Shown: in pieces, positions 9,141-17,641 of the stretch
Numbering within the stretch: position 1 is the first letter of the stretch
Layout of the letters: each line of letters opens with the position of its first letter
NCBI GenBank assembly: GCA_033764315.1
Contig: JANRJA010000039.1
Span: 1 to 19,012 of the forward strand
Reading direction: 5' to 3'
DNA: 19,012 nucleotides
DNA from: Oculatellaceae cyanobacterium bins.114
GTDB lineage: Bacteria; Cyanobacteriota; Cyanobacteriia; Elainellales; Elainellaceae
The notes under the pieces: generated by a model
Seen by the model: the letters and a program-made list of their open reading frames with translations, nothing else
Database searches by the model: none
What the model was told of the DNA's origin: nothing
Position numbers and translations under genes: made by a program

Positions 9141-9173
9141 GAGAGACGCGATTAATCGCGTCTCTCCTACTCC
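9134..9173. repeat. Perfect 40-bp palindrome built on the REP/SDR-like repeat
   Basis: GGAGTAGGAGAGACGCGATT|AATCGCGTCTCTCCTACTCC; includes the M48 stop codon (9138-9140). Confidence 0.9.
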
Positions 9174-9250
9174 ATCACCCATCCCCCTTTCAACAATTCA
9201 GTTTAGTTGCGGTAGAGTTAGAAGAACGAATGTATTCCTGACGAATCATC

Positions 9251-9979
9251 ATGTTAACCACCTCCCCTACCCACACCGTTGTTTGGGAAAAGTTACCCGA
9301 TGATTTTGTGTTGCCGGACGATCCTGTGGATAACATCAATCAACCTGCTCTTGCGGCTGCCTTAACTGAAAGCCTCCAACTGGCTGAAAAACTACCTGAA
9401 ACTGCCCTAACTCCGACAAACTACGGCATTTGCGCCACCGTGAACAGCAAGATCGTCGTTAAAGCTCCTGACTGGGCATACATTCCCAACATCACGGTGA
9501 CTCGCGATGAAGTTTTCCGTAGCTATACCCCTCGATTGCAAGGAGAGATTCCGGCGATCGCGCTAGAATTCCTTTCCGATACCGATGGCACAGAATACTC
9601 CGTTAAAGAAACCTATCCCCCTGGTAAATTCTTTTTTTACGAACAGATTCTACAAATCCCCAACTACGGTATTTTTGAGCCAGAAACTGGAGCTTTGGAA
9701 TTGTATCGCTTGAATGAAGCCAAACGCTATGCGTTGGAACCCATCAACGAGCAAAACCGTTTTTGGATACCAGAGATGCAGCTTTTTTTGGGAGTCTGGC
9801 AGGGAACCCGCGAAAACCGTCAGGGCTATTGGCTGCGTTGGTGGGATGAGCAGGGCAACTTGCTGTTGTGGAGCACAGAGCAGGTTGAGCAAGAACGCCA
9901 ACGAGCAGAGCAAGAACGCCAGAGGGCAGAACGACTCACTGCTCAACTTAGAGCCGCAGGCATTGAACCCGATTTATAG
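9251..9979 (+). CDS. Uma2-family (DUF820) endonuclease
   Basis: WEKLPDDFVLPDDPVDNINQP, APDWAY, ALEFLS, GKFFFYEQIL, WLRWWD, EQERQRA tail ending AAGIEP. Confidence 0.92.
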   Translation: MLTTSPTHTVVWEKLPDDFVLPDDPVDNINQPALAAALTESLQLAEKLPETALTPTNYGICATVNSKIVVKAPDWAYIPNITVTRDEVFRSYTPRLQGEIPAIALEFLSDTDGTEYSVKETYPPGKFFFYEQILQIPNYGIFEPETGALELYRLNEAKRYALEPINEQNRFWIPEMQLFLGVWQGTRENRQGYWLRWWDEQGNLLLWSTEQVEQERQRAEQERQRAERLTAQLRAAGIEPDL

Positions 9980-10108
9980 CTACATTGCTTGCAGATCACA
10001 CTTCTATCCTTTGAGTAACAGATTAAATACCAGAGGCAGATGAGCGATCGCCCTCATTCACCTAAACTAACCAAATAAAGCTTCCAATACCTTCATTTGA
10101 GGTGCTGT

Positions 10109-10363
10109 ATGGATTTGCTTACTTGGCTAATTGTCGGATTGATTGCAGGTCTGTTGGCTAGTGTTGTCGCTGGGGGCGTTGGTTATGGTCTTCTTGGCGA
10201 CATTGTTATAGGAATTGTCGGTGCTTTTGTCGGTGGTTGGCTCTTTAGCCAGTTAGGAGTGGCAACCCCCTTTGCAGGTCTGGCTGGCACGATCTTTGTG
10301 GCGTTTGTCGGGGCTGTGGTGCTGCTGTTTGTTCTCCACTTGCTCCAGCGATCGCGTGTTTAA
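10109..10363 (+). CDS. GlsB/YeaQ/YmgE (transglycosylase-associated) stress response membrane protein
   Basis: WLIVGLIAGLLA, DIVIGIVGAFVGGWL, AFVGAVVLL; GAGG upstream of ATG 10109. Confidence 0.92.
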   Translation: MDLLTWLIVGLIAGLLASVVAGGVGYGLLGDIVIGIVGAFVGGWLFSQLGVATPFAGLAGTIFVAFVGAVVLLFVLHLLQRSRV

Positions 10364-10390
10364 AACCTATAAACTTAATAGCGATTTTCT

Positions 10391-10460
10391 GTCGGGTGGG
10401 CACTGCCCACCATTCTCAAAAGCTTGTTTAACACATATGGGTGAGCACTGCCCACCCTAC
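10391..10460. repeat. Inverted pair of REP-like repeats
   Basis: GTCGGGTGGGCACTGCCCACC (10391-10411) and GGTGAGCACTGCCCACCCTAC (10440-10460); each is a hairpin and they are mutually inverted. Confidence 0.85.
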
Positions 10461-10472
10461 GATTTGTGATGT

Positions 10473-10640
10473 GATATCAACATCACTATCAGAACCGAGA
10501 TTGTCTCTTAGCACAGAACCAAACAGATAGAACTCTTGTATCTTCCAGCGTTGGCAAAACTCAGCGATCGCCTCTTGTGGTAGCGCAACTGCTACCGGAC
10601 GAGAAAACGGTTTGAATCCCGAACTGCTAACTTCTTCCAT
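10473..10640 (-). pseudogene. Truncated minimal nucleotidyltransferase (MNT antitoxin-like)
   Basis: IAEFCQRWKIQEFYLFGSVLRD..GSDSDVDI; homology stops right after the DxD motif and the frame runs into the REP-like repeat. Confidence 0.85.
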
Positions 10641-10646
10641 CACGAC

Positions 10647-11009
10647 CTATTGAACTGAGCTAGCAACCTTTGCAGTTCTGTCAATCTCCAACGATTCTAC
10701 CCGTTGATGATGTTGCCAAAACTCATCCAAGAGTTGAAAGAAGCGATCGAACCCGACTTGTTCATCATGACAAGACAACATAATGAGTTTTGCCCAGGAT
10801 GCAACAGATGTCATGTTCAGTCTTTGCTGTAACCAGGGTTGAAACTCATCATAAAATGCTTGTTCCTGAGCGGTGAGATCAATCCCTAATTCACTTCGGG
10901 AAAACTCGTAACCTACTAGAAACATAAATAAATCGCTCACCGAGGGTCGCCCAAGATAAACTCCCGGTCTGGCTTTAATTGCTTCTAAGGTTTCAACTAG
11001 TCCAGCCAT
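10647..11009 (-). CDS. Hypothetical protein, putative immunity/antitoxin of the adjacent papain-fold toxin
   Basis: 120 aa, LEAIKARPGVYLG...FLVGY...FQPWL...W...FFQLLDEF; 14 nt downstream of the toxin gene. The immunity role is inferred from position. Confidence 0.65.
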   Translation of the reverse strand: MAGLVETLEAIKARPGVYLGRPSVSDLFMFLVGYEFSRSELGIDLTAQEQAFYDEFQPWLQQRLNMTSVASWAKLIMLSCHDEQVGFDRFFQLLDEFWQHHQRVESLEIDRTAKVASSVQ

Positions 11010-11023
11010 TTTAGTCTCCTTGT

Positions 11024-11389
11024 TCAGCCCGACCTGTTTAGTGATTGTAACTCTTCAATCAAAAACTGTTCACTACGGCAATGAAAGTCTTGCAACCATT
11101 CATCTCTAGATAAACCTACCGTAGATAGGTTATCAAACACCTGTCCTAAAACTTCAACACCGTAGTGAGTGCCGTTTTCTGTGATTGATTCATTGGGAGT
11201 GTGGCGATCGCTAGTCATAAAAAGTTCACTGCGTCGCTTGGTCTTAAGTCGTAAGATTTTACCTTCAATTCCATGCTCTACTAACCACTCCATGACTGCT
11301 CTAGCACACTGAATACACTCCAGCAGCGAGAATGGTGCAACTATTGTAAGAATCTTTTGATAAATTTCCTCGGTTGATAGCTGGCTCAC
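11024..11389 (-). CDS. Papain-fold toxin domain protein (Tox-PL-2-like)
   Basis: ECIQCARAVMEWL, SITENGTHYGVEV, VFDNL, W..DFHC give a Cys-His-Asp triad; GTG start. Confidence 0.8.
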   Translation of the reverse strand: MSQLSTEEIYQKILTIVAPFSLLECIQCARAVMEWLVEHGIEGKILRLKTKRRSELFMTSDRHTPNESITENGTHYGVEVLGQVFDNLSTVGLSRDEWLQDFHCRSEQFLIEELQSLNRSG

Positions 11390-11547
11390 ATTCTAATTGA
11401 TTTAATAAAATTCAATTGAGTAATAGTCTATGTCCATTCTGATTCTGAGGTTATTTCCTGTTGCAAAAGATCTTCTGACCGAGACGCTAAATCAGGAGAG
11501 CCAGAAAATAAACCTATCAGCGATCGCCCCTTTCCCTTTTTCCACCA

Positions 11548-11573
11548 GTACAGACGAGATTAATCGCGTCTCT
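11548..11573. repeat. Short palindromic dispersed repeat (REP/SDR-like)
   Basis: GTACAGACGAGATTAATCGCGTCTCT, one mismatch to the 7547 copy. Confidence 0.8.
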
Positions 11574-11606
11574 CCTTTGCCCTTTATCCTTACTCCTTTT
11601 TCTCTC

Positions 11607-14303
11607 TTACTTCCCAACCCTTTGTCTTACCTGCTCTCGCTCCTCAACTGCCCACTGCAAACTAGGGTCAAGCTCGATCGCCCGATCGAGATTAGCAAGC
11701 GCCTCTTCATATCGCTCCAGCGCACGATAGGTTTGTCCTCGTCTACCCAATGTCCAGGCATCTTCACTATAAAGTTCTAAAGCACGGTTAAAATCTGCTA
11801 ATGCTTGCTCGTACTGCTCCATCTGTCGATAAGCTTCACCTCTAGCAGCAAGTGTCCGAGAATCGTCTGGGTATATCTCCAAGGAACGTTCAAAGTCGTT
11901 TAAAGCTTCTTTATAATATTGCATCTCACGGTAAGCTATTCCCCTAGATGCTAATTCCCGATGATAATTAGGCTCCAAAACCCGATTGAAATCTTGTAAA
12001 GCTTCTTCGTAAGAACCCATTAGAAGGTAAGTTTCTCCCCTTTCCCCAAAAATAGGGGTGTAATCAGAATTAGCTTCAAGAGCGAGTGTAAATTCTCTGA
12101 GAGCCTCTTCATATCGCCTCATTAAGCGATAGACTCTACCTCGACTGGTATGAGAACGACAAGCACATTCAACATGAAGCGATAAAATTTCATTAAAATC
12201 ATTTAAGGCAGCGTCATAATTTCCAAGTTCCTCATTTACATAACCTCGAAACTCGAGAGCACGAACGTTCAATGGTTCTAATTGAAGAGCATTGTTAAAG
12301 TCTATTAATGCTTCTCTATAATTTCCCAATTGGTAGTGAGTCATTCCTCGTCCAACATAGGCTAAAACATATTGAGGACTAATGTCTAATGCACGATTAA
12401 AGTCATTTAGCGCTGCTATGTAATTTCTAGCTCGGTAATAAGTTTCTCCTCGACTAGCTAGAGAATATGCATTTCTTGAGTTGTTGTTAATAAGACGATT
12501 TAGTATGTCGATCGACTCGCTATATCTTTCTTGAGAACGCAAACTTTCATTTTGACGTAGTATTTCTATTATTTCCAGTTCTACCTGAGCATTGGAGAGC
12601 CTGGTCAGTGCTCGATTTGCTCTGCCCTCTGCATCTCGTGCTTTGCGGTTAGTGGCTTCGAGTTGTCGGTTGGTAAGTTGAATCCGCGCTTGGGTGGCTT
12701 GTTGTTCCGCCTGGGTGTCGTTGAGTTTTGCCTGGGTGTTGGTCAGGTCGGTGTTGGCTTGCTCTACGTTGCGATTAGCAATGTCTAAAATGTGTTGAGA
12801 GGCAAGGGTCAAGATACCGGCTTGAGAACGAACAGTATCAACCTCAAACTCGGCTCCTTTGACTCGTGCTTCAGCGGTGTTGATTTTGCCCTGTGCCCAC
12901 AACCATGAGCCGATCGCCAAGGCAACCATGACTGCTGAAACGGTGGAGGCAATGCCGAGGCGTTGTTTGGCGGTGTGGTTGGCAGTGGCGAGGATGTGGT
13001 TTGCTTCCATTTGGGCATCAAGAGCCAGTTGCACATCGCGACGGGTGATGTCTTGACTGGCGCGGAGAAATTGGTTGTCGTCATCGCTCAAGCGTTTACC
13101 TGCTGCCCATGCAAGAGCATTTTCCAGGGTCTGTCCTCGCAATAGGCGAGAGTCGTCCGTACGGTTGGAGGCTAACCAGGCAGTAATGGCATCTGCGTAA
13201 GGACGCAGGTTAGCGAGAATGGCTTGCACCCAATCAGCGTTGAAGACAGCGGCATAGATGGGGTTATAGACACGCAACATGCCCTGACGCTCAACGACTA
13301 GCCCGGTTAGTCTTAGCTCTAGCTGGTCAGCCTTGGCAGTTGCGGGAATGTCGATGTCCTGTAATAGGGATTGATAGAGTCCGAGTAATTGGGCTTTTTG
13401 CTGGTCGTCTTGCAACAGGCGATCGCGAATGGTCCTGAGGTGCTCTGGCTCATCCTGAGATTCCCAGTTGTCAATAATGTGAGTTTGCACGAGGTTTGAG
13501 ACAAAGGGCAGTTCTTCACCGAGGGGGATCTCAGCATCAGTGTTGCTGATAAGGCGACAGACCTTTTGCGTCAGGAAGGGTTGTCCCCCAGTCCAGGTGA
13601 GGACGGCGTGTAAAACGGCTTGGGGATCGCTGCTGGCAGCGGTTAAGCCTTCTGCTAAAGGTTGTGCCTCATTCAGTTGAAAGCCATTGAGTTCGATCGC
13701 CCGTCCAATGTTGAAAGGCGTGCGGCGTTTGTCTTGAATCAGATCAGAGGGGGTTGCGACTCCCAACAGGCAAAAGGTGAGGCGATGATAGTCGGGTTTG
13801 TCTGCCCGTTGGTTGTAGCAATCGCGAATGACGGCAAAGAAATCATCTAGAGAGAAGGGTAGGCTAAGAACGGTGTCGATCTCATCGACAAAGACGACGA
13901 GGGGTTGGCTGGTTTCGGGGAGCAAGACGGTTTCCAGGAACTCGCTGAACCGTTGCACGGCAGAGAGATGGTCGCGATCGCGCCACCAAGTTCTCACGTT
14001 GATGCGATCGGATAGGTCAAAGCTATTCACCAAAGTTCGCACGACTCCGGCATACCATTGATCGGGGGTGACGTTTTGACTGCCAATGCGGGTTAGGTCG
14101 ATGACAGCGCAGGCAATCCCCTCTGCGATGAGCCGTTGCATGGTTTGCACTCGCAAGCTCGACTTGCCCATCTGTCGCGAGTTCAGCACATAGCAAAACT
14201 CTCCGGCTTTGAGTCCGGCACAGAGGTCATGGTCTGCCTGCCGGGTGACATAGCTGGGCGCATCAGCGGGTAAACTGCCCCCGACTTGATAGTTGTCGCT
14301 CAT
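11607..14303 (-). CDS. AAA_35 (STAND-related) NTPase - TM helix - coiled coil - TPR repeat protein
   Basis: YQVGGSLP...YVTRQAD, VLNSRQMGKSSL, VVFVDEID, TPFNIG, WTGGQPFLTQK; hydrophobic LGIASTVSAVMVALAIGSWLWA; Q/A/E-rich coil; about 9 TPRs (RGETY...AL.DFNRAL). Confidence 0.9.
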   Translation of the reverse strand: MSDNYQVGGSLPADAPSYVTRQADHDLCAGLKAGEFCYVLNSRQMGKSSLRVQTMQRLIAEGIACAVIDLTRIGSQNVTPDQWYAGVVRTLVNSFDLSDRINVRTWWRDRDHLSAVQRFSEFLETVLLPETSQPLVVFVDEIDTVLSLPFSLDDFFAVIRDCYNQRADKPDYHRLTFCLLGVATPSDLIQDKRRTPFNIGRAIELNGFQLNEAQPLAEGLTAASSDPQAVLHAVLTWTGGQPFLTQKVCRLISNTDAEIPLGEELPFVSNLVQTHIIDNWESQDEPEHLRTIRDRLLQDDQQKAQLLGLYQSLLQDIDIPATAKADQLELRLTGLVVERQGMLRVYNPIYAAVFNADWVQAILANLRPYADAITAWLASNRTDDSRLLRGQTLENALAWAAGKRLSDDDNQFLRASQDITRRDVQLALDAQMEANHILATANHTAKQRLGIASTVSAVMVALAIGSWLWAQGKINTAEARVKGAEFEVDTVRSQAGILTLASQHILDIANRNVEQANTDLTNTQAKLNDTQAEQQATQARIQLTNRQLEATNRKARDAEGRANRALTRLSNAQVELEIIEILRQNESLRSQERYSESIDILNRLINNNSRNAYSLASRGETYYRARNYIAALNDFNRALDISPQYVLAYVGRGMTHYQLGNYREALIDFNNALQLEPLNVRALEFRGYVNEELGNYDAALNDFNEILSLHVECACRSHTSRGRVYRLMRRYEEALREFTLALEANSDYTPIFGERGETYLLMGSYEEALQDFNRVLEPNYHRELASRGIAYREMQYYKEALNDFERSLEIYPDDSRTLAARGEAYRQMEQYEQALADFNRALELYSEDAWTLGRRGQTYRALERYEEALANLDRAIELDPSLQWAVEEREQVRQRVGK

Positions 14304-14347
14304 GGATTTGTCTTCTCTGCCCCTGCTTTATTCTTCGCTGATGTAAC

Positions 14348-14600
14348 GTGAACCTTCGTGCATGAACCCCTTACCCATCACCGTTGATGCTTAAAGTATT
14401 GTGCGCCCTGCTCAGACATTCACCATTGATCGTTAAACTATCGTGAGCGCAAGTTGAACTATCGTGAGCGTAGGTTGAACTGTCGAGCGTGAACCTCAGA
14501 GGGTGTGTTGGTGTAACTCAAACTATCGTCTGTGCCAGTTAAACTCTCGTGGGTGATACTTGAGCGATCGCACTTGATTCTTTGACGTTCAACGGCTAAT
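14348..14600. repeat. Degenerate 21-bp tandem repeat array
   Basis: GTTAAACTATCGTGAGCGCAA (14432), GTTGAACTATCGTGAGCGTAG (14453), GTTGAACTGTCGAGCGTGAAC (14474), CTCAAACTATCGTCTGTGCCA (14517), GTTAAACTCTCGTGGGTGATA (14538); fainter units on both sides. Confidence 0.7.
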
Positions 14601-14660
14601 TTTTATGCTGAGTATTTCTCGTTATGTATGTTCTTAGACACAACTTGAGCAACGAGTAAG

Positions 14661-16279
14661 CTATCTCATCTTTCCTTGCCTCCTCAAGCGATCACTAAAA
14701 TATTGCCGATACAACGGGCAACGTGGCACGACTTCATTGCCCTGTAAATGCACGATACCCATACTGTGGAGTTGAAAAGCTTGCACGGCTTCCAGACGGG
14801 CAGGGTGTTGGGTGGCAATGACGGTTTTCATGGCTTCGACCATCTCTGGGCGTTGTTGCAGGTTCCACAGGTGTCGTCGCAGGTGGTCGCCATACAGTCC
14901 CGCTTCGGTGGGGGCGGTTTGCAGCAGTTGCTCCAGGCTGAGTTCCCGGCGAGTAATGTGATAGAGCGCGACGCGCACCAGATAGGGATGTCCTCCCACC
15001 ATTGCCATCAAGTGTTGGACGTGTTCTGCATCCCAGTGCAAGCCATGCCGTTCCGCCAGATCCAACACTTGCTCTGGGGTGAATTCGGGCAATTCAATCG
15101 GCAGTCCCACATTAAAGGGCGACTGGTTGATATTCATGGGAATGTAGACTTCGGTGGAATGGACAATCACCATCCGCAGTTTCTTCCACACGTCTCGCGT
15201 CTTACTCTCCTCATGCCAAGCTCGCAGCAAGCCAAAAAAGTCAGAGGCGATGGTGTGGGGTATTCAAACACCATGTCTACTTCGTCCAGACCCAACACCA
15301 GGGGAGCGGAGATCTCCGCCAACAGGTATTCCTCAAAGTAAGCGGTGCAGTTGTCCTTGCTGCCAAGGATCTCCTCATCCCAATACTCGGCTAACTTGTT
15401 GGGCAATCGCAGGCGTCGTCCCACACTGGCACAAAACCACCGCAAGCATTGGTTCAGGTTGGCAAAGATGGCAGCATCCGCCAATTGAAAGCTGAGGGAG
15501 ATGCTCAGACAATCCTGATCAGCTCCATGCCGCAGAATGCGCGACATTAGAGAAGTCTTGCCCATCTGTCGGGGTGCTTTAATGCGAATCAGTGCTCCCG
15601 GTTTCAAGATCGCTTCATAGCAGTTTGCCTCAATGGGCGATCGCTCCACATAGAACTGCGAGGCAAGATCCACCTGACCACTGGGAAGTTCCGGTTCTGC
15701 GACGGGCAGGGGTGGTAAGTCATTTACTACATCGTTTTGATCCACCCTAACCTCCACAAGGGGGGTGCCGTAGGCGGGGGGATCGAATGGCTCCTCTGGC
15801 TCTGAGGTTAGAGCCGTGGAGGAGCGATCGACCTCAGTGAATGTGCCTGAGATGATCGCTAAAATCTCTTGGGCGATCGCGGTTGTGTCTTGTTCCGACT
15901 CCCATACCCGTTGCTGAATTCGGTTCAAATATCCCCGCAGGTCATAGTTCAACGGTGAACTCATGGGAAACTGCACCCGAATCGGCAAGATCAAGGGCTT
16001 GCGGCTAAAGCGAGTATCCCGCAACTCTCTAGCTCGTCGTACTTCCTCCGTCACCATTTCACTGGTGGCAGATTTGGGGGAGAGCAGCAACAAAAAGTAA
16101 TCACACCGCTCTAACTCCAGATCAATGCGCTTTGACCAATCATCCCCAAACCGGATGCTTTCGGCGGCCATAAACACCTGATGTCCAGCCGTCTGCAACG
16201 TCGCATAAAACGCTTTGGCTAACGCCTGGTCAGGGTCTTGACTGCGATAACTGATAAAAACGTGAGCAGGATTGCCCAT
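14661..16279 (-). pseudogene. TIR domain - AAA_35 NTPase gene split by one frameshift near 15255
   Basis: TIR: VFISYRSQD, YFLLLLSP, SEMVTEEV; NTPase: IKAPRQMGKTSL, LGLDEVD; the other frame continues IASDFFGLLRAWHE...SPFNVG...VGGHPYL...LYRQYF. May be an assembly error. Confidence 0.88.
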
Positions 16280-16389
16280 AAAGGCAGTGCAATAACTTTT
16301 CTTTAAGAGTAGTATACTCAGTTTTCTTCTACCGCCACCTCGGACTGCTATATGCTGCTAAGGGAAGTAACTTCCTGAATCAAACCACT

Positions 16390-16497
16390 ATGACTCTTGA
16401 TTTGATCTTCGATAGTGCCAATATCTTTGTCTTACCCTTTTGGGCACTGATGATTCTGCTGCCTAACTGGGGAGTAACGTTATATTGCTCGCTATAG
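16390..16497 (+). pseudogene. N-terminal fragment of an ABA4-like/DUF4281 membrane protein
   Basis: MTLDLIFDSANIFVLPFWALMILLPNWGVT then LYCSL*; recognisable similarity ends at about 16479. Confidence 0.75.
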
Positions 16498-16566
16498 TGA
16501 AGAACCAATTTGGCTAACTGGCACTTATGGCCAACCATTGCCCTAAACAGAAGTAAAATCTCACAT

Positions 16567-17445
16567 TCAAACGGTTGCAGGGGTACGTTGTTGCCCTGCC
16601 AATTGCAATAATCTCTGAATGCGTTCTTGAGTTGATGGATGAGTCCGAAACAGAGATTTCAGCCCTTCTGCCGATAGGGGATTGATAATCAACAAAGGAG
16701 ATAAAGCAGGGTTGCCATTCATTGGAATCTGGCTGCCAATGGTTTCTAGTTTTTCTAGTGCATGAGCCAGAGCGATCGGATTGTTGGTAATTTCGGCAGA
16801 CCCTTGATCGGCTGAGAACTCGCGAGTACGAGAGATAGCAAATTGAATTAACATGGCTGCGATCGGGGCAAGAACAATCAGAAATAAAACCGCCAGTGGA
16901 TTGTTACCTCGACGGTCATCCCGACTGACGGGATAATACAGTGCCCCAAAGCTTAGCATTCGACCCAAAAAGGTAATAGCACCTGCTAGAGTTCCGGCGA
17001 CAGCTTGTGTCAGGGTGTCTCGATTGCGAATGTGAGTTAGCTCGTGGGCGATCACCCCATCTAACTCGTCAGGTGATAGCAGTTCAACAATGCCTTCTGT
17101 GACAGCGATCGCCGCATGGTTGGGGTCGCGCCCTGTGGCAAAAGCATTCGGCGATTGTGTGGGGACGACAAACAACTTGGGCATGGGAATGCCAGCGCGA
17201 TCGCTCAACCGTGCCACTCGACCAAATAATTCTGGGGCTTGTTCTCGTTGCAAGGGTTGCGCCTGATAAGCGGCTAGTGCGGCTTTGTCAGAGTAAAACC
17301 AGGAGCCAAAGCTACTCAATCCGGCAAATACCAAGCCCAAGTAAAGCCCCTGCTCGTTACCTAACAAATAATATCCAGCTAAGACCAAGACACCGCTTAG
17401 TAAGCCTAATAATCCCGCTGTTCTAATTTGATTGCTACCTAACAT
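16567..17445 (-). CDS. htpX: Zinc metalloprotease HtpX (M48)
   Basis: Two N-terminal TMs, WFYSDK, PNAFATGRDP, AHELTHIRNRD, AISRTREFSAD, FRTHPS. Confidence 0.93.
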   Translation of the reverse strand: MLGSNQIRTAGLLGLLSGVLVLAGYYLLGNEQGLYLGLVFAGLSSFGSWFYSDKAALAAYQAQPLQREQAPELFGRVARLSDRAGIPMPKLFVVPTQSPNAFATGRDPNHAAIAVTEGIVELLSPDELDGVIAHELTHIRNRDTLTQAVAGTLAGAITFLGRMLSFGALYYPVSRDDRRGNNPLAVLFLIVLAPIAAMLIQFAISRTREFSADQGSAEITNNPIALAHALEKLETIGSQIPMNGNPALSPLLIINPLSAEGLKSLFRTHPSTQERIQRLLQLAGQQRTPATV

Positions 17446-17641
17446 ACGCTTTCCAGTTATCTATCACGACATCGCTCATAGGCTCTCAAATTCTTTTGTT
17501 CTCTAGGCTCTATCTAATGAGCGAATCTTTATTCTGTCGTTGCTCTGGTTGATTATCTTCTGTCTGAAGAACGAGGGCGATCGCCAAAAACACTCATTAC
17601 CTTGCAGACAGAAGCCTTGATACATGGGAGACATTCTATCT

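Noticed and set aside
9650-10043. ORFs 9650..9946 and 9714..10043, and similar short ORFs nested in ispE, rsmA, AIM24, M48, NTPase and htpX genes
   Set aside because: Alternative-frame or antisense overlaps of confident genes without independent support
11430-11780. 116-aa plus-strand ORF
   Set aside because: Runs through a HIP1 site, a dispersed repeat and a pyrimidine tract, then antisense to the TPR gene
11607-12600. Diversity-generating retroelement target in the TPR region
   Set aside because: No reverse transcriptase or template/variable repeat pair is visible in the window
14348-14600. Possible CRISPR array
   Set aside because: Units are contiguous 21-mers without unique spacers, and there are no cas genes in the window
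14661-15230. 189-aa ORF as an independent gene
   Set aside because: It continues the AAA_35 domain of 15167..16279 directly across the frameshift
14748-15495. Plus-strand ORFs 14748..15341 and 15154..15495
   Set aside because: Antisense shadows of the TIR-NTPase gene with no recognisable motifs
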